NCBI GenBank assembly: GCA_002256025.1
Contig: NKIB01010224.1
Span: forward strand, 1-64,000
Direction of reading: 5' to 3'
From: Asterionella formosa
Lineage: Eukaryota
DNA: 64,000 bases
The notes under the pieces are model-generated. The model was given only the letters and a program-made list of their open reading frames with translations. It searched no databases and was not told where the DNA came from. A program made the translations under genes and the position numbers. This document shows, one piece after another, positions 33,126-46,300 of the stretch (position 1 is the stretch's first letter; the number at the start of each line of letters is the position of its first letter).

Positions 33126-36100
33126 ATGAGCGGTTTTCCACCCCCGCCGAACCAAGGCTTCCCTCCGCCCCCTGGCCATGCGCACTTTCCGCCGCCCCCG
33201 GGGTCATCAGCGGGCAGCAGCAGTCAAGGCCTACCTCCGGCTCCAGGCGGAATTCAGCGCCCCCCTCCCCCAGGAAGCTTCGCTCCTCCGCCAGCCCCCA
33301 ATGCGCATCCGCTGAATGCCGGCATGCACGGCATGTCTTTGCAAGGAAGAAGCGCTCCTCCGCCACCTGGACAACCCGCTGCTTCGCATCCACTTATGTT
33401 GTAAGTATCGACCATTTTACTTTTTCAACATCGAATTGATGAATTCCAAGAGGTCACCAGTCGTGATTTTTGTTGCATAGGACTGCATGCTTTCGTTTCG
33501 CCTGTCCTAACTCTACTTTGCAGCAAGCCCCTTCCAGCTTCAGGTCAAGGTTTTGCTCCTCCAGGATCAGGGTTTCAGGCGCCACCTGCCCCTGGTCAGC
33601 CAGCGATGTTTCAGCAGCCCCCTGCTCCTGGTCCTCCAGGGATGTTCCAGCCAGCACCGCCCCCTGCCGGTCAAGGGTTTGCTCCTCCTCCACCTGGACA
33701 ACCTCCGATGGTCGGACAACTTGCGCCTCAGGGTGCGTCTTCTCCCTTTTTCGCTTCTCAGCCAACACCTGCGCAGATGCAGCGTATTGTTCAGCCTAAT
33801 TTGCAAGCTGCTGCTCCTGGCATGCAAGGTGGGGGTCAACAGGGATTCCCAGAAAACGTTGATTTCTCGATTCAGATTCCGCAGCGTCTCTGCCGCTTTA
33901 CAGCTGGTAAAATTCCCCAGAATGCTACTATGCAAGCACAGGCCAAAATTCCAATCGGGGGAGTCCTTCGCCCCATGGCTCCTTGCGATGAAGAGGATGA
34001 TGTTGATGTAGTCCAGCCGGGAAATTCAGGTATCATCCGTTGTAAGAGATGTCGAACTTACATCAATGCATTTGTGACTTGGCTTGAGAATGGCCGTCGG
34101 TGGCGTTGTAATATTTGTGCCATGCTCAACGAGACACCTTCAACGTATTTCTGTCATTTGGATGAAGCTGGCTTGCGCCGTGACCGCGATCAGCGTCCCG
34201 AGTTGAGCAAAGGAGTCGTGGAGTTTATTGCTCCTGCCGAATACATGGTTCGTCCGCCTCAGGAGCCATCCTACTTTTTCTTGATTGATGTCACTGCGAC
34301 TGCGGTACGAAGTGGAATGTTGAACGCAACTGCCAATGCTATTCGAGACTCGTTGGATGATTTGCCAGGAGGTGGTCGCACTAAAATTGGTTTCATTACT
34401 TACGACAATTCGGTACATTACTACAATCTGGCTCCGGACCTCTCAGCACCTCAAATGATGGTGGTTTCGGACCTAAAAGAGCTTTTTGTCCCACTACCCG
34501 AACATTTGTTAGTTAACTTGAAGGAGTCGCGATCCGTGGTTGATTCTTTTTTGGATAGTTTACCAGAGATGTTTGCCAAGAACCCAGTAGTATCTCAGTC
34601 TTGTTTGGGTCCTGCTCTGAAGGCCGCCTTTACGGTCATGAAGCAGATTGGTGGAAAGATGTGTGTATTCCAGTCGATCATGCCCAATTTAGGTGATGGA
34701 GCACTTCGTCCAAGAGAAAACCCAAGCTTGATGGGGACTCCTAACGAAGTGAAACTTCTACATCCAGATGTCACATGGTATAATGAAACGGCTGTTGAGT
34801 TCAGCAGACAACAGATCAGTGTTGAAATGTTTTTGTTCCCTTATCAGTACATGGACTTCTCCGCTTTGAGCGAATTGCCAAAGCTCACTGCGGGTACGCT
34901 AAGGTCATACATTGGTTTTAACCTTGAGACCGATGGACCTCGTTTCGAGAGCGAACTCGTTAAAACTCTTACCCAAAATACAGCATTTGAAGCAGTAATG
35001 CGCATTCGTTGTACCAAGGGTATGCGAATCACCAATTTTTACGGAAATTTCTTTATTAGAGGAACTGACTTGCTCGCTCTTCCAAACTGTACACCGGATT
35101 CCGTCTTTGGGTTCGACCTGGCTCACGAAGAACAAGCCATGACTGGCTCGTATGTGACTGTCCAAGCTGCTCTCCTGTACACCAGCAGTGATGGTCAGCG
35201 TCGTATTCGAGTGTTGACGCAAGCTTTGCCTGTTACTTCCATTGCGAATGACTTGGTTGCTTCTGTCGACACGGAAGCTGTATGCAACTTACTGTCCAAG
35301 CAAGCTGTGGACATCAGCAGTAAGGCTAGCATTGACAATGCGCGAATGAGATTACAGCAGACTTGTATTGACATACTTCGTTATGCCAAGGGTGGTGACA
35401 AGCGGATAGTTTCGGGATATGCAGTGCCCTCTGCTCCAGGCCAAAACAGTGGTGGAGACGATGGCAAGATTCCTGATAATTTGGCACTTTTGCCTCTTTA
35501 CACGCTGGCATTGATGAAGAATGTTGCTTTCCGGGGAGGTACTGATGTACATCCAGACGAGCGCGTACAAGCACTGTACACTTTGAATAGCTTATGGGTT
35601 GATCAATGCCGTGACTTCATCTATCCCAAGATGTTTTCCATTCATGACATGAGCAGCAGTGTTGGACTCTCGATCGATGAAAATAGTGATCAAACGGCAG
35701 GGAGAGATAACATCTTACTTCCTCAAGCGGTTAACTTGAGTGTTGAAAGGCTAACGAGTGATGGCATCTTTCTATTGGATAACGGCTTGAGTATGGATCT
35801 ATGGGTTGGAAGGCAAGCACATCCCAACATTCTGAATTCATTGTTTGGAACTCCCACTCTTGAAAATATTGATATGAATACGGTCAAGGTTCTAACCAGC
35901 GGAGATGATTTCACAAACCGGTTTGCTGCTGTTGCGGAAGCCCTTCGGAACAAGGTTGATGAACAATTTGTGATCGCTCCTAAGGTCAATATTATCCGAG
36001 AAGGTGACACTCACATGGAAGCCCGATTCTTCTGGAATCTCATCGAGGATAGAGCGTCATTCCAGGGTGGAACACACAGCTACAGTGAGTTCATGCAGTT

Positions 36101-36647
36101 TGTCAATAATCCTTCCAGTAGTCCAGTCGGGGCCCCGCCTCCCCCGGCTCCTGGTGGGGCAAGAAGTATGGCCCCACCAGGGCCACCTGGAATGGTACGA
36201 GGTCCAGTTCCTTCCGGTCCGCCTGGTGGGTTCGTGCCTCCAGGACCGCCAGGACCAGGTGGATTTGTTCCGCCTTCTCAGGGCGGACCTCCTCCAGGAC
36301 ATGGACCTCCTTCAGGTCCGCCACGGCCAGTGGCGATGCCTCCTCAGCAAGTCAGGCAACCGCCTGCCCCAAACAGTGCGCCTCCAACCTATGGACAACA
36401 GCAACAGTATGGGCAAGCTCCTGTTCCACCGCAGCAACAGCAATATGGAATGCCTCCGCCTGGTCCACTCCAACAGCAATATGGTATGCCTCCTCCTCCT
36501 CCAGGCCCGCCTCAACAGCACCATGGTCGACCACCGCCTCCAGGTCAGGCTGCACCATCCGGTCCACCTCCACAATACGGTATGCCCCCTCCTCCGCAAC
36601 GTGGCATGCCCCCTCCTCCACCGCCAGGAGGCCAGTATCATCGATAG
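33126..36647 (+). CDS. SEC24: COPII coat subunit Sec24 with Pro-rich N- and C-terminal extensions
   Basis: Intron 33401-33523. Zinc finger IIRCKRCRTYIN...WRCNIC, RPELSKG.VEFIAP.EYMVRPP, FEAVMRIRCT, QAALLYTSSDGQRRIRV, and gelsolin-like domain ending LIEDR. Confidence 0.95.
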
Positions 36648-36808
36648 AAGCACACGTCATCCATTGCAACTGTAGTGTCAAGAAATCCTAAATTATTGAA
36701 CTTCTAGATTGATTGATTGATTATTTTTCAACTCCTCCAGTGTATTATGAACGCAGTTGAAGAGTAATTGACTTGCATGTAGTATCTATAGTAGGGATTG
36801 CTTCCCTC

Positions 36809-38168
36809 TTAGAATATGCGACCCTGAATGTTGACCGGATCGTGTCCATCGCCTTCGTAAATAATATCCATGGGCTGGCTGTCATTGTCCAATGATCGTC
36901 TCCCTGCCTCCAGAATCGCTGTTCCTTGAATTGTTGTATGCACCGTGGCCAACGATCCATCGTCAAAGTCGCCCGCAGTTGCCATTCCAGCATTAATTTC
37001 TCGGCAAGCATCGATGAAGTTTTCAAAAGATTTGACACCATATGCGGACTGCCCCGAGAACTTGCCATTTGTGGGTGTGTATTTCATGAAGAGCGGATTA
37101 ACGGACGCAAACGGTGTGTCATCCAAGGCGACAGTGCACCCACGGTGAGCTTGATCGACGTTAATTTCTCCTTTTGTCCCCATCAAAAAGAACCGTTGCT
37201 GAGAATGGACATCTGCCTTGGGAGCAACCCAAGACGAAGTATAAACTGCACATCCAAGCGACTTATCGTTCAAATTCTCCCACTGAACCGTCAATGTAAT
37301 ACTGTCTTCTGTATTCATCCCACGAGCCTTGGCCACTCCTGTTGAACTGGTACCCGTCACTCGAATAGGTCTGGCAATTCCAGCAAGTGTCCATTCTGAA
37401 AAATCGACATGATGTGAATTCAAATAGTAAGAAATATCAGACGACTTGCCCGCCCATGCCTTGAAAGTATCAAGCTGATGTTTTGGTTGCGACATGTAGG
37501 CATACATGTACTGAAAATTTCCCAACGTCAATCGAGCTCTGTCACGCGCATCTGCATAAAATGGATCCAATCGTTTGTGGACTTCCACTCCAACCAAAAC
37601 GCCCTTGCTCGCTGCGGCTTGGGCAAGCTTTTGGTGGTCCTCCAATGTTTGCACAATGGGCTTGGTTACCATTACGTGCATCCCGCGTTCAATGCACGTC
37701 ATTGCAATGTCAAAGTGAGTATCGTCAGGAGTAAAAATCACCGCCACATCGCCGGGAACAAACGCGCCGATGGCGACTTCATATGCCTTCGGGTTGACTT
37801 CATCGTCGGCAGGAAAGGTGTCGCAGGTCAAATCCATATCTGCGTATACATCTCCAATGTTCTTCTGCATGTGTGTGCGAATTCCCGGAAACTTCTTGCC
37901 CTGTTTGTTTCGGGGAGATACGATGAATAAAGGCACCAAATGTGAGGGTGAACAGATTTTCACGCTGTTCCCAGAGTATCCTACCAAGGCCACTTACATT
38001 GACACCGCACATTCCGACTCGGCCAACCTTGGATCGCCGGCGAAGATCAAACATAGTCAGCGCAACCACTCCGGCTCCCTTGTCACTATCCGCAGCAGCG
38101 CCACCGACATAGCCAGTGGTGTACTCTCCAGTTCCAACCATCAACACGTTAACTCTGTTGTCGGACAT
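36809..38168 (-). CDS. Gfo/Idh/MocA-family NAD(P)-dependent oxidoreductase (D-galacturonate reductase-like)
   Basis: [56 protein letters not shown]. Intron 37901-37997. Confidence 0.85.
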
Positions 38169-38612
38169 TTTCGGTCTATTGTTTTATGTGACGAATAATA
38201 ACGAGCAAAAGTTGTGTGAACATCCACTGAGTCTGCTAAATCTTGTTCTACATATTTGCTACTGGAGTACCTGCTAGTACCGGTACGTGTGCCTGCCTAA
38301 TTGATCCTATTCCAAATTGACTCCAGAATGAGTTGCTACTTCCTAGTGTGGCATACAGTGACCAATTAAGATACAAAATCTTAGTTTCACTTTGATTGCT
38401 AGTCATGACGGCTCCTACCACAACCAATTTAAGGCACCAGCTAAAGCTGCACTTTGGGATTCTCAGGGCCCTGGTTTCGCAAAATGTCTTGGCCAAAAGT
38501 CATTCCCACCTTTTTCACAGACTGTTCTGATGCACTTGCCCATCAGTACTATTTGTGACAGGCAGGACCAAACCTTGAAGCCAATGAAAGTGCATTTCAT
38601 GCTTTGAATTAA

Positions 38613-39356
38613 TCAATCTTTGATCCACTCAATGATTGCTTCGATAGCAGCCTTATCATTTGTTGGGAGGGAATGACCTCCAGAATGGCTGCATACAGTG
38701 ATGTTGCAGCCTGCTAGTTCCATGCATTTCCTAACTCGTTCTTGCCCATCCACAGGATTTATCGTATCTCGTTCACCCATGACAAACATGACTCGAGGAG
38801 CTGAGTCCAACTTGAGTGATCCCAGCTCATTCGAGTAAGGATTTGGCCAAGCTACGCCATTGAGAAGGTATCGTGCATTCGAATGTGAAGGAATGAGGTT
38901 TAATGCAAGCAGTGCAGTAACTAGAATCGCTCCCTGAGAATGCGCCAGTACGACATCTACTTTCGCTCTTTCGAAGGCACCCAGTACCATTGCTGCGCTT
39001 TCGTCAAAGCCGCAGTACTTCTTCGCGGTGGACGAGCGTTCCTCGGGCCCGTATGTCCACCAGGAGAACCCATTTCCGTTTGGAATGGGGGCATCCATGG
39101 ATATAAGCTCGACTCTGATGTTCTTCTCAGTCAGGGACAATTCAATCGGAGCAATGCTTGAGAGGAATTCGCGCTGATTTCCGCCACTTCCATGCAGTGT
39201 CAGGATTCGAATGATTCTGTCGTCTGCAGCATTTGTGGTGCTCATGAATCTGGCAGAAGAAGCCGTCGTTCTTGACACTAAGGCAGAGGATCTTGAAAAT
39301 AGGAGAGTCGCAGCAGGAACAATCAGTACTTGTATCGCTCGGCGAAATGTGGTCAT
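38613..39356 (-). CDS. FSH1-family serine hydrolase with N-terminal targeting peptide
   Basis: ILTLHGSGGN, nucleophile elbow AHSQGA, VMGERD, and HSGGH. The N-terminus is signal/transit-like. Confidence 0.85.
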   Translation of the reverse strand: MTTFRRAIQVLIVPAATLLFSRSSALVSRTTASSARFMSTTNAADDRIIRILTLHGSGGNQREFLSSIAPIELSLTEKNIRVELISMDAPIPNGNGFSWWTYGPEERSSTAKKYCGFDESAAMVLGAFERAKVDVVLAHSQGAILVTALLALNLIPSHSNARYLLNGVAWPNPYSNELGSLKLDSAPRVMFVMGERDTINPVDGQERVRKCMELAGCNITVCSHSGGHSLPTNDKAAIEAIIEWIKD

Positions 39357-39750
39357 TGGAATAGAAGTTTCGCCAAAGTTGAATGAATTAACTCGACATC
39401 GTCAATGGCTGAGAATAATGAAAATAAATTAGTTGAAATGGCGTCCTTCCTCAGCACGGTTTTTCGGCCAAACAACTCTGAATTTCTCAGTTCATCAGGC
39501 CGTTGCTAAGAGCATCTCCACCGCATCGACCAAATACCAAAGCCAAACGCAGTTGAAAATATCAAAACACGTCACTTGGCCGAGAAATTTTTTATCAATA
39601 GAATCGAAATTTTCATATTTCTTTCCACCGCATCGACCAAATAGTCAAATCAAATAGAAATAGAGTTATATTTTCTTCATATGTGTATCGTTGATATAGT
39701 GGTACGTACTACCGGGTATGTACATAGCTATATAAACACAAAATGAAACA

Positions 39751-41036
39751 ATGAGCAATGATACGGACTCATCTGATGATGATCGCCTCTACCATTTCCG
39801 CAAGATGCATCGTCAACAAACAAGTGAGAATGATGCAAAGAAAATAGAAAATAGGAGAGGAGGTTCCAAGGTTGGCAAGGCTACTAACGTGAATCGCTTT
39901 CGTGCAAAGTATGATAAGCTGTTGAAGGACAACTATTTTGGCGCGAATCCAATCTACTCTCCTGCACATTTCAGGAGGCGCTTCCAGATGCATTGCTCCT
40001 TATTGCTTTGAAAAGATTCTTGAAGAATTGGTTGAGGCAAATCCATACTTTGAACAGAAGAAAGATGCCTTGCTTGGGTCTGGTCGGTTTTTCGCCACAT
40101 CAAAAGTTAACCTCAGCACTTCGAATGTTGGCTTACAGATCTTCGGCAGATCAGCTGGATGACCTCACAAGAATGGCTGAATCGACTACACTCCACAACC
40201 TAAAAGTGTTTTGTAACTCAATAATCAGCAGGTATGGAACAGAATATTTGCGAGCTCCTACTAAGGATGACATGGAAACGGTTTTACGTCTACATGAAGC
40301 AAAGGGTTGGCCAGGACTTCTTGGTTCATTGGATGTGATGCAGTGGGAATGGAAGAATTGTCCCAAGGCACACAGAGGAGCGTTTCAAGGAAAAGATGGA
40401 GTGGCTACTGTTGCTTTGGAAGCTGCAGTTGATTGTAGACTTTGGTTCTACCATGCATGGTTTGGAATGCCAGGTGCTAACAACGATCTCAATATTTTGG
40501 ATCGTTCTCCGTTTTTCTGGGATTTGACAGCTAGAAGGACTCCTGCCGTCAACTTCACAATCAACACCAAAGAACACAATCTAGGTTACTATTGGGTTGA
40601 TGGCATCTATCCAGAGTGGCACATTTTTGTCAAAACAATTTCGGAACCACAAGGTGCAAAGCGTGCACATTTTTCAATGGTTCAAGATGCCCAACGCAAA
40701 GACGTAGAGCGAGCATTTGGTGTGCTACAAGCAAGGTGGAGGATCCTGGCGCTTCTGTGCAAACTTTGGTCAGTGGGTGCAATGAATCATGTCATCATTG
40801 CATGTATCATACTACACAACATGTTTATAGAAGATGAGTGGGATACAAAAGACACAAACAAATATTTATTTGATAATATTCAGGATGGCCTTTTGGTTGA
40901 CAATGTGAATCACGACAATGTGCATGCTTTTCTAGATTTCAAAGTAATTCGAATGAACTACATGAATGAAGGTGAGCACTATCAATTGCGAAATGATTTG
41001 ATTGAGCATTTGTGGACTCGAAATGAGGATAAATAA
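39751..41036 (+). pseudogene. Harbinger DDE transposase, frameshifted
   Basis: FRRRF, GFSPHQKLTSALRMLAY, GWPGLLGSLDVMQWEWKNCP, NNDLNIL, YWVDGIYP, RKDVERAFGVLQARW. The 5' part is spread over three frames, with shifts near 40005 and 40072. Confidence 0.9.
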
Positions 41037-41144
41037 AATATAGTATTTTATTTATATTAAATTAAACAATCTATTGACTCTTATAATGTAAATCAGAAAC
41101 AATGAAATGATACTGCTAGCAGAGTAATTAATAACCAAATTATT

Positions 41145-41952
41145 TTAAAACTCTAGTTGTTCAGTTTTTAGAATCGATTCATCATCATCAGTACATGCTA
41201 ATGGAGAAGTTGAAACATCTACTTCAGCAGAACTGCTAAACTCCACTTTTTTGGGGGCCTTTTTGGCTGCCGGTTTCCCAATCACAGCATCTATCTCCTC
41301 CATTGCTTCTTGTGCCTTCATGGCAAACCACCTTTTTGCTTCTGCTGATTCACTATTCATTGAAAATATCTTGAATAGAAACTCATCACGTTGAGTTTTC
41401 ACCTTTCTTTCAAGCATCATACCATGCTTCTGCTCAATGACAAGCTGAGCATTTCCAACATGCTTTTCATTCTTGGCGGCTTTTCCCCCATGGGACGCAA
41501 CTCATAATTCAAATCATCGAGCTTCAATTTTGAATGATCCCGAACATATCGCAGCCACCCTTCTACTTCGGGGCCTCCTTTAAAATGTGCCAGCACCCTT
41601 CGAAAATAAATTCATTGCCTAGCATTTTCCCTTTTCCTTCCAATTTAAATAGCTCCATAGCTTCTTCAATGTATTTATCCTCCGTTTATCCAGATTTTGG
41701 AACACTTGTCACCTATGCAAAAAGGCTGCAGAACTTTGTGACGTCTTGATTTATCGTTCCCCATCGAGCTGTGCATGCTGTTGACGTCCGCTCCTTGCCA
41801 TCCGGGATGAGACCTACATAAATCTCAAACACCCGGCCCCAAAACTTGCTTGCCTTCTGACCAGTCCCAGTGATTGAGTCTTCACTGGCTGCAACCCAGG
41901 ACCGAGCAAGCGCCTCATCCTCTTCTTTCTCCCACGTAACACCTGAACCCAT
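41145..41952 (-). pseudogene. Harbinger Myb/SANT-like (NAM-associated) partner gene, disrupted
   Basis: WEKEEDEALARSWVAASEDSITGTGQKASKFWGRV...RWGTINQDVTKF, FIFEGCWHILKGGPK*, and RPMGGKAAK. Several in-frame stops. Confidence 0.85.
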
Positions 41953-44828
41953 ACTGACAAGGTTAAATAAATTATGCGTATATTTATGAGTCAACACCAA
42001 ACACACACGCTGATGGTTGTATTTTTACTAGTCTACATGAAGATTGTAGTACCGAAAATGTATTGCAACTATTTATGCACTCATTAAACCATAAACATTA
42101 GGTTGCCGGTGCAAGCCACAATCTAAACCAATAGAAATGCTTCTTTTATTTGGCTACGGTCGGAGTCTAATCGACCAAATAGCTGATATTTGGTCGATAA
42201 GGGGGTCATCCTCGAACAAGACCAAAGCATATTTGGTCTTGGTCGATGCAGTGGCTAATTTTTGCTTTTTCGACCAACACAACACATCATGATGTGTAAT
42301 GACTCCCAACTGCAATTGGCTTGGTATTTGGTTGATGCGGTGGAGATGCTCTAACCGTGGAGCAAAACCAAAACCCAATTTTTTTCTGGATTTCTGGGTT
42401 TTGGTCTTGGTCAGACTGACGCAAAAACGATGCAATCGATTTTTTGGAAATTTTAAAAGTTTTGTCAACCACCCAGCCAATAGCTAACTAACTGTGATGT
42501 CAGACGACAAAAATATAATAAACAAAGGATTGTGTCATTGAGAATGGCAAGAAAGAATCAGCAGGCTGTACATCAGCTCAAAAATTGGTCTCATAGGAAC
42601 GAGCGAAGTGTCAGTCATCCTGATATGTAAATTGATTGCTTTACTGGAAGCAGAGGCCAGCTGAAAGTTGACTCATCAGTAGAAGCAGCAAAACTGGCTT
42701 TATTGGAAGATTTGGTTAATGATTCAATTGTGAGAAATGCATTTTTCGGTCTCAGGCAATCTACTGCGTGCACTTCTTGTGATCGGGTGAAAGGTCTTCT
42801 GCAACAACAGGCCAGATACCCATTTGAACTTATAATGTTTGCAAACATCCAAAACAAGCTTGACATGTAACTACATTCAAAGTAGTCAATACGGAATCCT
42901 ACGTTTAGGTAACTTTGGAAAAAGTTACCTAAACATAATGCATTTGGATAACTTATTGGGATATGGTCACAGAATTCCCTAAACATACTGATAGCATCAT
43001 TTTTAGGGTTGCCAAAACCAAACACCTTTTTGTTGGCGTTTTGGTCAACCATTACTAGCAATGGCCTCATTACCAGTTTATAATTTAACACTTGATACCT
43101 AGCACTTCATGGCGTGCTTCCAGCTAAGGAGGTTTGTGGTAGTACAGTAACAGTTACATACCATGTTGGAACAGGCAGTGGTCTGCACGTTGTTCTGGTG
43201 ACAGTAGGGCTCACTCTCTGATTCTGTTGCTATCACCAGAGTTTTGAGCCGCGCTTTTGTTGATTGCTGCTCTAGAGGAGGACTGATAATCTTGTGGAGC
43301 ACATGGTGGTTGGATCAAGAGGGAGAAGAAATTTTTACTATTTTACAACTGATCTGATGGATAACTTCGATTTTAGCGCTCTTTTGGGTGATGCACCTCC
43401 GCAATTTCCGGCGGAGCTTTTAATCGAGAAACCGCCCTCAGGTACCCCTCAGTCCGAAGGTCCGGCCCTTTGGTTCATTCTAGTGGGAGGGGTTAGGGGG
43501 GGGGGGCGAGGGGATCAGAATGTAAGATGGTGGATTTAGTGGAAGCAGGACTGTTTTCGTTGGACTGGTGTTGGGGATTGCTAAGTACATAGAAAACGCC
43601 ATCAATTCACTTTTTAAAACGTCTTTAGGATCACTAACTGGTGATATTGGGTTTATGCTAATATTATTCTTCCATACTGGGAAACTTCACAATGTGGGAA
43701 AACGGCTTAAAGCAAGCAAATTACTAAGGACCGGTAAGGATGGCCCAAAGCAAAAGTAAGCGAAAGCAAGCAAAAACTAAGCAATCATGATTACTTTGAT
43801 TTATTCTCTTCAAACTAAAAGTCATTCTCCCTTACTTTTGCTTTTTTTGTTTCGTGCGTCCCCTCTATTGCCCACCAGGTCATTCTTGTCATTCTCTTTT
43901 TTAGCCATTTGCCCTTGTTTTGACATTTCCGCGCTTGCTTAGTCAAGATAATTAGCATAAAACCTATATCACTAACAAGTCATGATACTGTCGATTCAAC
44001 GAGAGAATTGATGACATTATCTTTTTAGTTTTTTAAGCGCTTATCTGTGTTGCATTGTCTATTTTGGCAAAATTACTGCAACTTGCTGTATCAGCATTTG
44101 CAAAATCGGCTTTTAGTACTGTGAGAAATAACTAAATAAATTAACGAGCATTCTTTTCTGGAAAAAATATTTTGTACGGCAGGTGCCGAATAATATAGCT
44201 AAAGTTTTGTGCTTGCCCAGAGTTGCGACCAGCTGCCCATCCATGTCGAGTGTCACATCAGCCTCCCTTTAGAGGTTGTGTAGCAAGCAATCGACAATGC
44301 ATGATGTTATTCTGGTGTCATATCCTTCATCTACTGCCTATTGGTTAGTGAAGGGTCAACGAAAGGGGTCTGGAACAAACTAGGGGGCAAGACTCAATGA
44401 AAAACGCGCCTAAAAATTGAGACCAGGTTCACCTATTTCTAGAATACTTAATACCTAAATTCTATACACCATTCGATTCGGAATAATTATTTTAGTATGA
44501 GGGGTTGTTAGCCAGAGAAGCATTGGAGCTTTTGCTTCATGAAAGCTAACATGATAAAGTTTGGTTGCATCTATACAGAAACAGAGCAAATACTTAATTA
44601 TACCTGAAACAGGGCTCCAGATATCATGATGTACAAAGTGGTTCTTTGAGTTTTGGGGGAAAATTGTGAGACTGAAAAGCAATTTTTTAGTCACAAAACT
44701 GGAATAAAATTTATTTAAATATAAAAATATAGAAAACTTGCAATCGCCCTTTGGGAAACTTCCAGCCACAATAGCAGCGAATATCCAAATTCTTCATGGG
44801 CAAATGTGTGACTCAGGTAACTTGCCTA

Positions 44829-45512
44829 TTACAGTATTTTTGGCTTTTTCAGGCAGAGAATGTGAAAATGGTCGATGTCGGGTAATGACTTTAAATGAGG
44901 TGGATTTCTCCAGCATAGAAAATCCACCACATCTCCATACATATCTTCCAAGTCTCGTTTGGCTTGATTGATGTCGTCGTCGTTGACATCCTCGCAAAGC
45001 TTCCAGAGGCACCAATGCTCAATGTCATTAGCAAAATAATAAGGGAAGTCGTTGGGCTTGAGCGCCTTTCTTACCTCTTTGACTTCAGACAAAGATGGGT
45101 GGGCTTCCCAAAGAGTTGCATTGCGGCCATCGTGGTCTTTGTTTTCAATGAGGTGCTTGTTAAAGTCAAACTTCGACACCAAAATGTGATCATACACTGA
45201 TTTCCATTCTTTCAGTAGTTCATCTCTGTAGATAATATAGATGCGTTGCTGTTCCACCGACCTGCTTAGTTTGGCCAAATTAAATTCGTCACGAATGATT
45301 TTCATCAAAGCTGGCCATGTGAAGGGCTCGGACGCGTACCCATACTCTCGCGGCGGAATCTTAACTTCGTTTAGATTGGACAGATTCCGAATCTCCGACG
45401 GACTCATGAAGAGCAAAGGCTGACTTCTAGCGAGAGACTTCCGGATGAAAGCGGCAAGGATGAATGTGATGGTGAAAGGCAAGTTGATGCAAGTCCCCTT
45501 GTACACCTTCAT
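44829..45512 (-). CDS. DUF3605 / Gig1-like protein
   Basis: LAKLSRS, LKPNDFPYYFANDIEHWCLW, WRNPPHLKSLPDIDHFHIL. Confidence 0.8.
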   Translation of the reverse strand: MKVYKGTCINLPFTITFILAAFIRKSLARSQPLLFMSPSEIRNLSNLNEVKIPPREYGYASEPFTWPALMKIIRDEFNLAKLSRSVEQQRIYIIYRDELLKEWKSVYDHILVSKFDFNKHLIENKDHDGRNATLWEAHPSLSEVKEVRKALKPNDFPYYFANDIEHWCLWKLCEDVNDDDINQAKRDLEDMYGDVVDFLCWRNPPHLKSLPDIDHFHILCLKKPKIL

Positions 45513-45859
45513 TTTGGAAGTTCCGTAGTGTAAGTCCTGATTATTCGACAGTCATTAAATAATGGTGCCAATACATATATAGATATATATTACGGTAATA
45601 ATTATATCACTTGGTACCAGGTACCTAGTGGAAGCACCCGGTACCGTGTGCGTAGGACCGGAAGGGATATCCAACTGGGTACCGGTACTGTATGTTCACG
45701 GTGCTCGAAATAGCTAGGAAGATTGACTCGAACGGATGCGCCTGTTGGGCGTAAAATCTTCATATTCTCGTCACGGGACTAAATAACTCGTAGCAAATAA
45801 TGGTCTGTACCTGTGGTAGATGATTCATTTATTTCAATTTTGTTGACTGGGGGCTGTGG

Positions 45860-46140
45860 TGTACAGTAGTGTTCATGACATTTCTTTGCCGAGTTGCTTC
45901 TTAGGCCATAATTTCCTTTGTCAATTACCAGTTTTGCTCCAGGGTTACGAAACTCTTGTCCCACCACTACGTGCACCAACTCTCTGATTTTGCCATATAG
46001 GAATGCATTCCCGGTGCCTTCTGTGCATATGTCCAGATTATTTATAGTAACAATGAAGAAACGCATGAGCACTGTATCCTTTCCTACCACTAGAAAACAA
46101 TGATGAACACTGGAGTTCAAAACTAGATGACTACTGGATG
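45860..46140 (-). mobile_element. Ty1/Copia reverse-transcriptase fragment
   Basis: NNLDICTEGTGNAFLYGKIRELVHVVVGQEF...KLVIDKGNYGLRSNSAKKCHEH resembles the diatom Copia RT segment (D.GNAFL...E.VY..AG.EF...LIIDK.LYGL). Confidence 0.65.
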
Positions 46141-46300
46141 CTGGCAATTTAGAAGTGCTCCCTAGAACATTATCCTGGAAAGAAAAGCAAACTAGCTAGC
46201 TCACCATGTTGCTTAATTCGAATTCCAAAAAGTTCAAGAACACCATGGCGCTATGTAACATTTCCCTCTAAAGAATTACAATAATAATCGAGTCAAAGTA

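Larger units (their letters stand above)
39510..42351. mobile_element. Full-length PIF/Harbinger DNA transposon (2842 bp) with TAA target duplication
   Basis: TAA|GAGCATCTCCACCGCATCGACCAAATACCAAAGCC ... GGCTTGGTATTTGGTTGATGCGGTGGAGATGCTC|TAA. It contains convergent transposase and Myb-like genes. Confidence 0.93.

Noticed and set aside
42355..44450. ORFs such as 42615-43091 (-) as genes
   Set aside because: No recognisable motifs or convincing splice structure. This is probably decayed repeat DNA that I cannot classify by eye.
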